A stretch of 64,000 bases of DNA from Candidatus Micrarchaeia archaeon (GTDB lineage Archaea; Micrarchaeota; Micrarchaeia; CABMEP01), in contig JAVZPM010000003.1 in NCBI GenBank assembly GCA_038881595.1, positions 18,305 to 82,304 on the forward strand. The letters are read 5' to 3'. The notes below the pieces were generated by a model. It worked only from the letters and a program-made list of their open reading frames with translations. It did not search any database and was not told where the DNA came from. The position numbers and the translations under genes were made by a program. Positions 10,763 to 20,465 of this stretch are shown piece after piece (position 1 is the stretch's first letter; the number at the start of each line of letters is the position of its first letter).

Positions 10763-11257
10763 TTATAATGGATCATAAATTCCATCCTGGAATACTCTTT
10801 GATCCTTTTCTTTTATGTATGTTGCATTTTTAAGATTTGCTGCTGTTTGTCCCACTGCATATTTATCTGGACCTGTTAATATTATGAATTCTTTTTCAAC
10901 TTTTATTTTTGTATCTCCTACTATATTGGCTTTTCTTGGACTCTTTTCTCCAAGAAAATTCTTTATAAGAATCTCTGAGCCTTTTTGCTCAATAGTGAAT
11001 GGAAAGTGTGCATATACCATTTGAAGTTTTATTGTATAACCTTCTGTAACTCCTTTAAATGCTGATTTCATAAGTGCTTGAGTTGTATTTACAAGTGCTT
11101 TTGATTCACCGGAAATTTTTATCTTTCCGGAATCTTTTGAAATAGAAACATCTCTATATTTATATGATACTTTTCCCTTTGGACCGGATACAGTAAATGA
11201 ATTGCTTCCTATTTCAACATCCAATCCAGAGGGAATTTCTATAATTGTTTCAACCAT
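10763..11257 (-). CDS. rpl6: 50S ribosomal protein uL6
   Basis: VYAHFP, NFLGEK, VGQTAAN, RVFQDGIY. Confidence 0.97.
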   Translation of the reverse strand: MVETIIEIPSGLDVEIGSNSFTVSGPKGKVSYKYRDVSISKDSGKIKISGESKALVNTTQALMKSAFKGVTEGYTIKLQMVYAHFPFTIEQKGSEILIKNFLGEKSPRKANIVGDTKIKVEKEFIILTGPDKYAVGQTAANLKNATYIKEKDQRVFQDGIYDPL

Positions 11258-11303
11258 ATTAACACCTTAGATCATAAATTGAATTAATTATAATCAATAT
11301 GAT

Positions 11304-11684
11304 TTAGTAGACATAGGCTACTAGTCTTCCACCGATTTTTAATGACCTTATTTCTTTATTTGTAACAACTCCTTTTGGTGTTGTTATTATAATTATTCCA
11401 AAATCTTTGCTTGGCAGATATTGGTCTTCAACCTTTCCTATTTCAGAGTATTTTACAGGAAATCTTGGCTTTATGACACCGCAGTAATTTATCGGTCCTA
11501 TTCCTTTGATTATAAAATATCTTGTTGGACCTTCTTTTACTTCCGTAAATTCTTCAATATACCCTTCTCTCTGGAGAATTTTAAGAACTTCCCCAGTGAA
11601 ATTAGATGCAATTACTTTACATTCATTTTTTCCTGCATTTTTATGAACACGAATTACATTCAAAGCATTTGCAAGTATATCCAT
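11304..11684 (-). CDS. rps8: 30S ribosomal protein uS8
   Basis: CGVIKPRF, YLPSKDFG, GGRLVAYVY. Confidence 0.97.
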   Translation of the reverse strand: MDILANALNVIRVHKNAGKNECKVIASNFTGEVLKILQREGYIEEFTEVKEGPTRYFIIKGIGPINYCGVIKPRFPVKYSEIGKVEDQYLPSKDFGIIIITTPKGVVTNKEIRSLKIGGRLVAYVY

Positions 11685-11730
11685 ATCATCACACTCTTTT
11701 ATTAATTATATGTTAACATGAGAGAGATTA

Positions 11731-11901
11731 TTAACCAAATTTCTTGAAACCGATAGATTCTCCAATCTCTCTAAAACATCTTCTACAAATATTAAGATTA
11801 TACTTTCTAATGATACCTCGTGCAGTGCCACAAATTTTACATTTTCTTATACCTTTTCCTTTGTATCTTACTTCTACCGGTCTTGTACTTTTTTTATTCA
11901 T
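11731..11901 (-). CDS. rps14: 30S ribosomal protein uS14 (zinc-binding), not in ORF track
   Basis: Manual translation MNKKSTRPVEVRYKGKGIRKCKICGTARGIIRKYNLNICRRCFREIGESIGFKKFG; lies between uL5 and uS8. Confidence 0.96.
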   Translation of the reverse strand: MNKKSTRPVEVRYKGKGIRKCKICGTARGIIRKYNLNICRRCFREIGESIGFKKFG

Positions 11902-12400
11902 AGATATTCACCTTAAACTTTTCTTTCAAAAACTTCTCAGTCTCTTCAGGAGTAACTTTATGAGTATGTTTGATTTTTGATTTAGCCCTTCTTCTAAGTT
12001 CTACTCTTTTACCAGGTCTAGTCATAGTTCCACAAACATCAAATCCTATTATACCAATTGTTGGATCGTATTTTGCACCTGGGAAATCTATATACTCTTT
12101 TACTCCGAATGCAAAATTACCATATTTATCAATTGATTTTTTATTGAGTTTGAAGTCTACGGCATCAAATGCATTTCTAAGGAAATTTTCTGCTTCCTTT
12201 CCTCTTAGTGTTACTTTTACACCTATTGTTTCTCCTTTTTTTATTCCGAATGCTTGAACTCTTTTCCTTGCCTTTGTGTAAGCCGCTTTTCTTCCAGTTA
12301 TTCTTTCAATGATTGTTTTAGCCTTTTTTAGTTTTTCTCCTGATTCTCCAGCACCTATATTAACTGTCACTTTTTCGATTTTTACTTCACGCATATCCAT
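11894..12400 (-). CDS. rpl5: 50S ribosomal protein uL5
   Basis: KVTVNIGAGESG, GVKVTLRG, GNFAFGVKEYID. Confidence 0.97.
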   Translation of the reverse strand: MDMREVKIEKVTVNIGAGESGEKLKKAKTIIERITGRKAAYTKARKRVQAFGIKKGETIGVKVTLRGKEAENFLRNAFDAVDFKLNKKSIDKYGNFAFGVKEYIDFPGAKYDPTIGIIGFDVCGTMTRPGKRVELRRRAKSKIKHTHKVTPEETEKFLKEKFKVNIYE

Positions 12401-12439
12401 ATTATCACTTCTTATTCATGAGAAAGATCATAATAATAT

Positions 12440-13126
12440 TTAAATGAAATTCTCCTTTACTGGAAATGCATATTTAGTAAGTGTAATTGCAGAAGAACCG
12501 TCCTGAAGTTCTCCATGTATTTCGCTATTTCTTGTTGCAGATCCCGGTGAAATTTCTTTAACCTTAATCAAATTACCAATTTTCTTTCCTCCAGTTATAA
12601 AACATAATGATGATTTCTTTAATTCGATCTTTCCTATTGGCTTACCATCTGGAATTGAAATCTCAATTGTATCTCCTACCTTTGCATCAAAGTCTAATAT
12701 GTTTCTTCCATCATGAAGAGTTAATTGGATCCTTCCTCCTTTTATTTTTGTCTTATTTTTAACCTGACAAAGTTTTACTGATGGATTAGATGTTTTCTCA
12801 AATTTGATTTTTCCTTTTGTATCAACTAAAACTCTCCAATTGTTTTCTCCAATAGTTATAATGTCCATTAATCCCACTGAAAATTTTGGCTCTGTTCTTA
12901 CAATACCATCGATTTTCACTTGTCTAGTATTAAGTACTGCTTTTGCTTCCTTTGCTGTTTTTGCAAATCCTAATGCTATAATCGCATATGATAATGGAAG
13001 AGATAAATCTTTCTTATGTCTTCCTGGTAATGGATTTATAGACCATGTAAATTCTTTTCTAGGCAAACCAAAAGACTTTGGCATTGCAATTCTCTTCAAA
13101 TGTTTTGTACCACTTTTTTTCGCCAT
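12440..13126 (-). CDS. rps4e: 30S ribosomal protein eS4
   Basis: HLKRIAMP, VGLMDII, QLTLHDGRNI. Confidence 0.96.
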   Translation of the reverse strand: MAKKSGTKHLKRIAMPKSFGLPRKEFTWSINPLPGRHKKDLSLPLSYAIIALGFAKTAKEAKAVLNTRQVKIDGIVRTEPKFSVGLMDIITIGENNWRVLVDTKGKIKFEKTSNPSVKLCQVKNKTKIKGGRIQLTLHDGRNILDFDAKVGDTIEISIPDGKPIGKIELKKSSLCFITGGKKIGNLIKVKEISPGSATRNSEIHGELQDGSSAITLTKYAFPVKENFI

Positions 13127-13152
13127 AAAAATCACACCTTAATTTATAAATA

Positions 13153-13329
13153 TTAATCAAATCTTCTATTATTTTTAATAGATGAATTTGAATTGTTGGA
13201 AACTATTATGTTTTCAACTCTAGTTTTAAGACCTAAACTCCTTATCAACCTTGATTCGATAAGGAAATTGCATGATTTAATTTTCTTACTCTTCTTATCT
13301 AAAATATTTGTTTTTAAGTGAATCAACAT
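13153..13329 (-). CDS. Putative 58-aa small basic protein between uL24 and eS4
   Basis: GTGAT SD then ATG at 13329; MLIHLKTNILDKKSKKIKSCNFLIESRLIRSLGLKTRVENIIVSNNSNSSIKNNRRFD; fills almost the whole gap. Confidence 0.4.
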   Translation of the reverse strand: MLIHLKTNILDKKSKKIKSCNFLIESRLIRSLGLKTRVENIIVSNNSNSSIKNNRRFD

Positions 13330-13340
13330 AATATCACTGT

Positions 13341-13667
13341 TTATTTTCTTTCAGTCATTTCAATTATCATTACATTTGAAGGATCGATAGGATAAAATGT
13401 TTCCTTTCCGTTTGCTTTCTTAATCGTAATACCTTCAACAAATATTTTTGCATCGGAAAGGATTACCTTTGCTACTTTTCCTTCTTTACCTTTGAATTTA
13501 CCTCTTAGTATTTTTACTTTATCTCCCTTCTTTACTTGAATTGCCCTCTTCTTTAATTTTGCTCTCAAATCCTTACTTAAATGAACATGAACAAAGTTCT
13601 TTCTTAAATGAAGTGGAGCAGTAAATCTGAATTTCCTTTGTGTTCTTGGTTTTCTTGAGCTTATCAT
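13341..13667 (-). CDS. rpl24: 50S ribosomal protein uL24
   Basis: PRTQRK, KGDKVKILRGKFKG KOW motif, IDPSNVMI. Confidence 0.97.
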   Translation of the reverse strand: MISSRKPRTQRKFRFTAPLHLRKNFVHVHLSKDLRAKLKKRAIQVKKGDKVKILRGKFKGKEGKVAKVILSDAKIFVEGITIKKANGKETFYPIDPSNVMIIEMTERK

Positions 13668-13684
13668 ATCTACACCCTACAAAA

Positions 13685-14083
13685 TTATATAATTGACCAT
13701 GCAATTCCAGCAACTTTTGGATATCGGTCTACTATCTCTCTTGCTACAACACCCTTGATCTCTGTTCCTTTTGGCAATCCTGCATCATCTATCAATGCAC
13801 ATGCATTGTCTTCAAACATTATTCTTACACCATTTGCTCTCCTGAAAGGTTTTCTTTGTCTTATTATTAATGCTTTTTCTACTTTTTTGATCATCTGTGG
13901 AGAACCTTTCTTGACTGCTACTATGGCTACATCCCCAATTCCAACGCTTGGCTTTCTTCTTCTTTTTGTTGGAGCTTTCAACATACCTATTATTTGAACT
14001 ACTTTTGCTCCGCTATTATCATCGCAATTTATGATCGCTCCTATTGGCAAAGATTTCGGAATTTTTGATTGTAGTGCTTTCAT
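13685..14083 (-). CDS. rpl14: 50S ribosomal protein uL14
   Basis: DNSGAK, IRQRKPFRR, FEDNA. Confidence 0.97.
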   Translation of the reverse strand: MKALQSKIPKSLPIGAIINCDDNSGAKVVQIIGMLKAPTKRRRKPSVGIGDVAIVAVKKGSPQMIKKVEKALIIRQRKPFRRANGVRIMFEDNACALIDDAGLPKGTEIKGVVAREIVDRYPKVAGIAWSII

Positions 14084-14118
14084 AATTTTCACCTTATAAA
14101 TATTAAATTTTCATCGAA

Positions 14119-14433
14119 TTACAAATTTTTATCCTTACCTATTATCTCTATTATTGTCCATGTTTTTGTTCTGCTGAGTTTTCTGCATTCTCCTATCTTA
14201 ACCTTATCACCCACTTTTGCATTTATGCAAGGTGGATTATGAGCAGCATATCTTGAACGAGTTCTTGCATACCTTTTATACTTTGGTATGTAGATCATTC
14301 TCTGTCTCTCTACTATCGCAGTCTTCTTTGCCTTTGTACTAACAACTGTACCGATTAATACTTGGCCTCTGACTTTTACATCACCATGAATAAAACATTT
14401 TGCATCTCCACAATTTTCTTCTTTTCCTACCAT
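14119..14433 (-). CDS. rps17: 30S ribosomal protein uS17
   Basis: CFIHGDVKVRG, AHNPPCI, GECRKLSRTK. Confidence 0.97.
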   Translation of the reverse strand: MVGKEENCGDAKCFIHGDVKVRGQVLIGTVVSTKAKKTAIVERQRMIYIPKYKRYARTRSRYAAHNPPCINAKVGDKVKIGECRKLSRTKTWTIIEIIGKDKNL

Positions 14434-14478
14434 AAGATCAACCATTTGTTAAACTATTAATATCAATCTTTAATCCAA

Positions 14479-14817
14479 TTACTCGAATTTTATTTTTTTA
14501 AGTCTCTCTTCGGGAGGATATAATATTTTTGATCCCTCAACTGTAAAGGTTTCTCCTCCTTTTCTAAAGAGGAAGGTAGAACCTTTCTTAGGTATCAAAA
14601 CCTCCTTTCCATCTTTTTTTTCGATTTTGAATGTATTTTTTGTTTCATCAACAACCAACCCCTTTATTCCTATCTGCTCAGGGGAAGAGCTGTTGATTAC
14701 TTCTACAGTCAAACCAATGTATTCGATTAAGTATTTCAGATTTTTTAATTTTGAATTTATTGAAATACTTTGAATTGATTTTTTTTGATCTGACATTGAA
14801 TCAACATGAATCAACAT
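14479..14817 (-). CDS. rnp1: Ribonuclease P protein component 1 (Rpp29)
   Basis: EYIGLTVEV, GLVVDETKNT, IPK, PEERLKK; conserved operon position. Confidence 0.93.
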   Translation of the reverse strand: MLIHVDSMSDQKKSIQSISINSKLKNLKYLIEYIGLTVEVINSSSPEQIGIKGLVVDETKNTFKIEKKDGKEVLIPKKGSTFLFRKGGETFTVEGSKILYPPEERLKKIKFE

Positions 14818-14824
14818 TAAGTGA

Positions 14825-15199
14825 TCATTTTCGGATTATTGAAATATTTTCTTCAGGATATCCTACCTTCATTAGCAATTGTTTTATCTTAGCTCCATGG
14901 TCTCCTTGAAGTATTATTTCATCGTTCTTAACTGTTCCACCGCATGCCAGTGATTGTTTGAGTTGTTTTGCAACTCGCTCAATCGAATTCTTTTCCACAC
15001 CGGATACGATGGTAACAAGTTTCCTGAACTTTGCTTTTGTTATTGTTACTTTTATCTTTTGCGCTGTTTCCTTCTCAATTGCAGCGCACGAACATATGTC
15101 CTTAGGAAGTCCACAACCAGAACATATGTCACCTATCAATTTATGTACCCCGCAGACAGGGCATATATTTTCAGCCGTTTTCTTCACCTCATATAACAA
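14825..15199 (-). CDS. Translation initiation factor aIF1 (SUI1)
   Basis: CGLPKDICSC, LKQSLACGGTVK, ILQGDH. Confidence 0.93.
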   Translation of the reverse strand: MLYEVKKTAENICPVCGVHKLIGDICSGCGLPKDICSCAAIEKETAQKIKVTITKAKFRKLVTIVSGVEKNSIERVAKQLKQSLACGGTVKNDEIILQGDHGAKIKQLLMKVGYPEENISIIRK

Positions 15200-15234
15200 T
15201 TAATTTTATCAATTAATGAATATTAATTGCAAAA

Positions 15235-15480
15235 TTACGACTTCTTATTTTTGATTTTTTCTTTATTTTCTTCTTTACCGAGAATGCCTAATTCTCTTGC
15301 TCTGATAAAGGTCTTCATTCTTGCAATTGTTCTTTTAATTGTTCTTATCTTACCGTAGTTTCTAGATTTTCCTGCTGCTGAAGACCGTGTTCCATATTCT
15401 ATGCTTAATTCTTTTTCGAGATCAGCAATTTTAGATTTCATTTCATCAATACTCATATTTTTGATATCTTTTAATTTCAT
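15235..15480 (-). CDS. rpl29: 50S ribosomal protein uL29
   Basis: GKIRTIKRTIARMKT; operon position. Confidence 0.93.
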   Translation of the reverse strand: MKLKDIKNMSIDEMKSKIADLEKELSIEYGTRSSAAGKSRNYGKIRTIKRTIARMKTFIRARELGILGKEENKEKIKNKKS

Positions 15481-15513
15481 ATGATCACATCACATAACCG
15501 CCTAGTGCGGAGA

Positions 15514-16245
15514 CTATTTCCTTCTTTTTTGAGCAGAATGTTTCTTTTGTTGGAGCTGTTCCATTTTTATTTCTTTTTTCTGTTCTTTCTTTGACTCCAA
15601 CTGTTGCTCTTTACTCTCATTTTCTTCAGAATATTTAATTATATTAGGAACTTCAACTTTTGAAACTTTATCTGGAAATACTGCATTAGGTGGAGCAATT
15701 GAAACTCTTACATTTATTGCACCATATTTTGGTCTTGCTGTTACTTGAGCTTTCCTTATTTGTTTAACAACTTCACCTGCTTTTGGCAAGTATCCCCAAG
15801 CAACTCGCATGCTTTTTGCCTTTGCTCCCTTTGCTGCAATTTTTCCACCTACAACAATCTCAGCACCGAGTGCACCTGCATCGATTATTTTCTTTAAAGA
15901 TGAATGTATCAATGCTCTTAATGGTTTACCTGCTTCTATATTTTTTGCAATTGAATATGCAACAAGTCTTGGTTCTAATTCAACTTTTTCAACTGGAACC
16001 ACTGCAATCTGCGGATCGCTAACTCCGAATTCTCTTTGTATTGTATCTGCTAATGTCTTTATCGATTTCCCTTTTTTCCCGATCAATCTACCTGGATTTG
16101 CAACTTCAACAGTTATTCGTGTAACCATTGGAGTTCTTTGTATTGTAACGTTACTAAATCCAACTCTCTCTAACTTTTCTCTGAGGAAATTCGCTATTTG
16201 ATATCTCGTAACTGCATCATCTATGAATTTTCTTTCAATTGCCAT
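15514..16245 (-). CDS. rps3: 30S ribosomal protein uS3
   Basis: KH domain PGRLIGKKG, AGALGAEIVVGGK. Confidence 0.97.
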   Translation of the reverse strand: MAIERKFIDDAVTRYQIANFLREKLERVGFSNVTIQRTPMVTRITVEVANPGRLIGKKGKSIKTLADTIQREFGVSDPQIAVVPVEKVELEPRLVAYSIAKNIEAGKPLRALIHSSLKKIIDAGALGAEIVVGGKIAAKGAKAKSMRVAWGYLPKAGEVVKQIRKAQVTARPKYGAINVRVSIAPPNAVFPDKVSKVEVPNIIKYSEENESKEQQLESKKEQKKEIKMEQLQQKKHSAQKRRK

Positions 16246-16273
16246 TGAATCACTCCTTAATTAAGCATAAATA

Positions 16274-16975
16274 TTAACTCTTATCTTCAGACTTCTCAGA
16301 CTTTGCTTTTTTTGTTTCCTTTGACTTCTTATCTGTTTTTTCTGATTTTTGTTGTTTTTGTTCTGCATTTTCAGCTTTTTGTTTTTCTTTTACTTCAGAA
16401 ACAACTTCCTCTGTCTTTTCTTCAACTGTTTTCTCAATTTTCTTTTCCATCTCAGCAGCTTCAGCCTTTGCTTTTGCTCTTTGCTCTATCTTTTGTTTCT
16501 GTTGCTTGAGAAGTTCTTCATTTTCTTTTCCTGCAAGAATTATTTCTACTCTTGCAGTTTCATAGTTTGATCTCATCTGTCTTCCTTTAGATTGAAGACG
16601 AGGATATATAGCCTGTTTGTTTGCTGAAGCATGAATTATCATTAATTGATCAAGACCTTTTGAAGTTGCATTTGCGATTGCATTGTTTAAAACACCTAAA
16701 ACTATTTTAGCTGCTTTAATTGGGTATCTTCCTTTTCTTCCTCCAAGTTCTTTTCTGTGACCTAACTTTTTATTCCATCTTCTATAAAGTACTGGAAAAC
16801 CTTCAAGAACTGCATTTAGATATTTAGTTCCATCTTCCGCAGACATACCTCTTATATTGTCACAAACAGCACAAAGATCTTTGTAGGATGCATCTATATT
16901 GTATTGTTGTGCCTTTGCAATCTGCTTTTCACTGTATTGTGATTTCTTATTGAAACCATATTCGTAATGAACCAT
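16274..16975 (-). CDS. rpl22: 50S ribosomal protein uL22 with long charged C-terminal extension
   Basis: GRYPIKAAK, NAIANA; about 80 aa K/E-rich tail. Confidence 0.95.
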   Translation of the reverse strand: MVHYEYGFNKKSQYSEKQIAKAQQYNIDASYKDLCAVCDNIRGMSAEDGTKYLNAVLEGFPVLYRRWNKKLGHRKELGGRKGRYPIKAAKIVLGVLNNAIANATSKGLDQLMIIHASANKQAIYPRLQSKGRQMRSNYETARVEIILAGKENEELLKQQKQKIEQRAKAKAEAAEMEKKIEKTVEEKTEEVVSEVKEKQKAENAEQKQQKSEKTDKKSKETKKAKSEKSEDKS

Positions 16976-17022
16976 ATAAACACCGTTTAAAAACATTCAA
17001 CTACATAGCTTAATTTTAATGA

Positions 17023-17406
17023 TTATTTCAAAGCTACTGCTTTTGAACCTCTTGTAGCACCGATACCTGGACCACTGTGAATAACTCTTCCAGTTGTATG
17101 AACAAAATCCCCTAATCTAAAGCCAACCATCTCTGGTTGAATGTTCACCTGTTTAAATTCCTTACCGCTATGAACCATAAATTTCATACCAACCCATTTA
17201 GGAATTATAACTGCTTCTCTGAGATGTGTTTTAATTGGCTTAGAGGCGCCAATTTTATCTGCCTTTATTAGAAGTTTCTTGTACTCTATTGGCATCTTCT
17301 TAATATATCTTCTTGCTCTTGATTTAATTAAATTTGCAAATTCATCAAGAGACATTGCTTGAAGCTCCTCAAGAGTTTTTCCACGAAATATAAATTTTCT
17401 CGCCAT
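17023..17406 (-). CDS. rps19: 30S ribosomal protein uS19
   Basis: KTHLRE, PEMVGFRLGDF, PGIGATRGS. Confidence 0.97.
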   Translation of the reverse strand: MARKFIFRGKTLEELQAMSLDEFANLIKSRARRYIKKMPIEYKKLLIKADKIGASKPIKTHLREAVIIPKWVGMKFMVHSGKEFKQVNIQPEMVGFRLGDFVHTTGRVIHSGPGIGATRGSKAVALK

Positions 17407-17437
17407 TTAATCACTCCTTTATGAACATCTCTAAATA

Positions 17438-18175
17438 TTAAACTTTCTTTCTCTTCTTTCCTCTTCCTACGGAAGCGGCTGCCAAAAGACCAACCTTTCT
17501 TCCTGGTGGTGCATTCCTTGCAACAATTGTTGAACGACCTGGGTGATGTTGTTTTCCACCGAATGGATGGTCATATGCAGACATTGCAACTCCCCTTACC
17601 TTTGGCCAGTATCTTGCTGTTGAAGCCACCATGTGGTATTTCTTTCCTGCTTTGAAAACAGGTCTTAATAATCTTCCACCCATTGAAACTAATCCAATCT
17701 GTGCTCTGCAATTAGCATTGAATATTTTAACCTTCTTTGATGGTAATGCAACATAAACCTCTTTATCAGTATGAGATATTACTGTTCCTGATGTTCCAGC
17801 TGCTCTTATCAACTTTCCACCATCTCCTGGAACCAACTCTATATTGTAAACATACATACCATCTGGAATCTTTGCAAGAGGAAGAACATTTCCTAATTTT
17901 ATTCCTGCATTAGCACCAAATTCTATCTCATCTCCTATCGCAATTCCTTCCGGAGCAAGAAGTGAAACTATCTGGCCATCTTCAGTCTTTACATTCATTA
18001 TTAAACCACTATGAGCAGGATTATGAATGAACTCAATAACTTTTCCTTTAACTACAGAATTCTTTTCTTTTTCATCATAGGATCTAAATGAAACTTTTGC
18101 ATTAAATTTATGCGATGGAGCAGAGAATGCTGGACTTCCCTTTCCTCTTCTTTGTTGATTTAACCTTTTACCCAT
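17438..18175 (-). CDS. rpl2: 50S ribosomal protein uL2
   Basis: QRRGKG, WPKVRGVAM, DHPFGG, PPGRKVG. Confidence 0.98.
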   Translation of the reverse strand: MGKRLNQQRRGKGSPAFSAPSHKFNAKVSFRSYDEKEKNSVVKGKVIEFIHNPAHSGLIMNVKTEDGQIVSLLAPEGIAIGDEIEFGANAGIKLGNVLPLAKIPDGMYVYNIELVPGDGGKLIRAAGTSGTVISHTDKEVYVALPSKKVKIFNANCRAQIGLVSMGGRLLRPVFKAGKKYHMVASTARYWPKVRGVAMSAYDHPFGGKQHHPGRSTIVARNAPPGRKVGLLAAASVGRGKKRKKV

Positions 18176-18216
18176 AAACACACCTATTTAATAATTAAAA
18201 TGCAATATCATATCAT

Positions 18217-18462
18217 TTACAGTATCTTAAGTTTTGATGCGAGATCCATTGCTGAAGATTCCTTTTTCAACTTAACATAGGCTACCTTTTTATTTGAGAA
18301 ATTATTCAATGTATTTACTGAAGCAACTTTAACACCATATTCTTTTTCTATATATTCTTTTATTGATTTTTTTGTTTCTTTTGGATCAACAATAAATACT
18401 AAAGTATTATTTTTTGAAATTTGATTTATTGCTTTTTCAGTTGTTAAAGGATATATGATCAT
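18217..18462 (-). CDS. rpl23: 50S ribosomal protein uL23
   Basis: PLTTEKA, NTLVFIVD, KVAYVKL. Confidence 0.96.
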   Translation of the reverse strand: MIIYPLTTEKAINQISKNNTLVFIVDPKETKKSIKEYIEKEYGVKVASVNTLNNFSNKKVAYVKLKKESSAMDLASKLKIL

Positions 18463-18494
18463 TATTTCACCCCTAAAACATATAAACTAAAAAT

Positions 18495-19274
18495 TTAAAC
18501 CTTATTTAAATTTTCGATTGCTGATTTTGTCCACACTGTTAATCTGCCTGGTACACCACCAGGTGCAAGATCTGAAACTTTAAGATTATCTATTGTTGTA
18601 ACTGTAACACCTGGAAGATTCTTTGCTGCTTTAAGAAGCTTAGAATCTTTACCAGCGATTAAAAGAATTGACTTAGGTGTTTTTACTCCACCTTTTCTTC
18701 CATTATTTCGCTTAGTTTTTTCTTCAGCTCTTTCAATATCCTTTATAAGATCAAGATGTTCAAATAAAGAAACGACATCTTTTGTTTTTGATAAAGATTC
18801 ACATGAATCATCAAGAATAATAGGTATGTCTATCTTTGGTAATATGTGTTTCTTACCTACCAGTTCCTTATTAGCAGTAGCTGCAATTGCAGAATGAAGT
18901 GCTTTTCTTTTTTCTCTTTTATTTATCCTCTCAACAAGAACTTTTTCTACCTTTGGAGGGTGAGCTCTTCTACCTTTTACTGCCCATGGAACTACTCTTA
19001 CTCTTCCGATCCTTCCTTTTGGATAGAGCTCTCTTGGAAGCTTTGCAATTCCTCGATTTTTGAGGGAGTGATAAGCCTCCTTTCTACCAACATACCTTGC
19101 AGTTGTTTGCAAACCTGCTCTTGGAAAAGTTCCTTTAGGCTGAAGTTTTTCTGATTCCTCAGATAAAACTGCTCTTCTTATAAGATCTTCTCTAATCTCT
19201 GTTTTGAATATATCTGGAAGCTCAATTTTTCCAGTCGGTGAACCATTTTGAGAATATAATGAAATACTTACCAT
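18495..19274 (-). CDS. rpl4: 50S ribosomal protein uL4
   Basis: GRRAHPPK, LAPGGVPGRLTVWT. Confidence 0.97.
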   Translation of the reverse strand: MVSISLYSQNGSPTGKIELPDIFKTEIREDLIRRAVLSEESEKLQPKGTFPRAGLQTTARYVGRKEAYHSLKNRGIAKLPRELYPKGRIGRVRVVPWAVKGRRAHPPKVEKVLVERINKREKRKALHSAIAATANKELVGKKHILPKIDIPIILDDSCESLSKTKDVVSLFEHLDLIKDIERAEEKTKRNNGRKGGVKTPKSILLIAGKDSKLLKAAKNLPGVTVTTIDNLKVSDLAPGGVPGRLTVWTKSAIENLNKV

Positions 19275-19300
19275 ATGATCAACCTATTATCTTTTAAATT

Positions 19301-20281
19301 TCAGAACCATAAAATCTGTGGCTTCTGCACAGAGGTATTCCTTATTGATTTTCTAAGGAATACAAATCTCTTTTGAGTTCCTGGAACTGAACCCTTAACG
19401 CATATAAATGAAGATTTTACATCCCCATAGTGTGGATAACCTCCAGGAATATTAACTTTAGATGGATCATCTCCAATCAAAAGGATTCTATTATTATATT
19501 GAGTTCTTCTATGAAATCCATGTTGACCTGCCTGTGGAGTAGTATACATAACATATGCTGGATGCCATGGACCTAATGTACCTCTATGCCTTACTCTTCC
19601 TGTATTCTTAGGTCTTTGTTTGTGAACACCGAATCTTCTAATAACTCCTTGCCAACCATGTCCTCTAGTTACTGCTACTGCATCGACATATTCTCCTTCT
19701 TCAAATACTTCCTTTGGAGTTATGTCTTTTCCGATTATCGATTTAACATACTCCAATTGAGAATTAACATCATTTCCACCTATTGCTATTTCAACTGTAT
19801 CTCCTGCCTTCTTTGGAATTCCTGCTTCTTGTGTATTTGTTACTGCAAGAACCGAAATATAAAGATCTTTTTTATCTTCGTCTTTAAATGAAGATATTTT
19901 TTCTTCTAGCCATTTTATATCCTTTCTTTTCTTATCTTTCTTTGACATACCCAACATCGATGCTACTTTTGTATTGATTGAAAGAGCATCACCCAAACAC
20001 TTTGTTCCAGTGAGAGTTTTCTGATAAAGTCTTGCTCCATAAATAGTTATTTTTGGTGCTTCTAAAATTGTAACTGGTACTGTTAATTCCATCCCTTTCG
20101 TTGCAGATCTAGAATCGTCTATCATTCCTGCTTGTTTCATTCCTACTTTATAGACTGGATATCCTAGTAACTGCACTTTATCAGTAATTCTCCAAGTTCG
20201 CATTCTTGGAGTAATGTCTCTCGAACGTTTTCTTGGTCTAAATGCAAGAGAACCTGATCTTGGCTTAATAACTTTTCCCAT
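19301..20281 (-). CDS. rpl3: 50S ribosomal protein uL3
   Basis: GSLAFRPRKR, GTLGPWHP, AGQHGFHRRT, KGSVPG. Confidence 0.97.
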   Translation of the reverse strand: MGKVIKPRSGSLAFRPRKRSRDITPRMRTWRITDKVQLLGYPVYKVGMKQAGMIDDSRSATKGMELTVPVTILEAPKITIYGARLYQKTLTGTKCLGDALSINTKVASMLGMSKKDKKRKDIKWLEEKISSFKDEDKKDLYISVLAVTNTQEAGIPKKAGDTVEIAIGGNDVNSQLEYVKSIIGKDITPKEVFEEGEYVDAVAVTRGHGWQGVIRRFGVHKQRPKNTGRVRHRGTLGPWHPAYVMYTTPQAGQHGFHRRTQYNNRILLIGDDPSKVNIPGGYPHYGDVKSSFICVKGSVPGTQKRFVFLRKSIRNTSVQKPQILWF

Positions 20282-20351
20282 TTACCATCACTTTGTGAAT
20301 TATGAATATGAATACTAACCTCTATTTATATGAAACTGCTTTCAATTTTAT

Positions 20352-20465
20352 AGCGCGGTAGTGCATCAAAGATGCAGTATACCTGTCACGTATCAAATGA
20401 TACGTGAGTCTCTCGCGTTAATCGATCGCAGAGACCGCTTGCCGGGAAACGATCTAAAAATCGTT
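20352..20465 (-). promoter_or_regulatory. Structured 5' leader RNA of the uL3 r-protein operon (candidate r-leader)
   Basis: GC-rich block with four hairpins (AACGAT/ATCGTT, GTCTCT.../...AGAGAC, TCACGTATCA/TGATACGTGA, TGCATC/GATGCA) and a possible closing GCGGT/ACCGC; TATA-like TTTATAAA about 25 nt upstream. Confidence 0.6.

Noticed and set aside
15498..15510. CCGC/GCGG mini-hairpin between uS3 and uL29
   Set aside because: Only 4 bp; expected by chance
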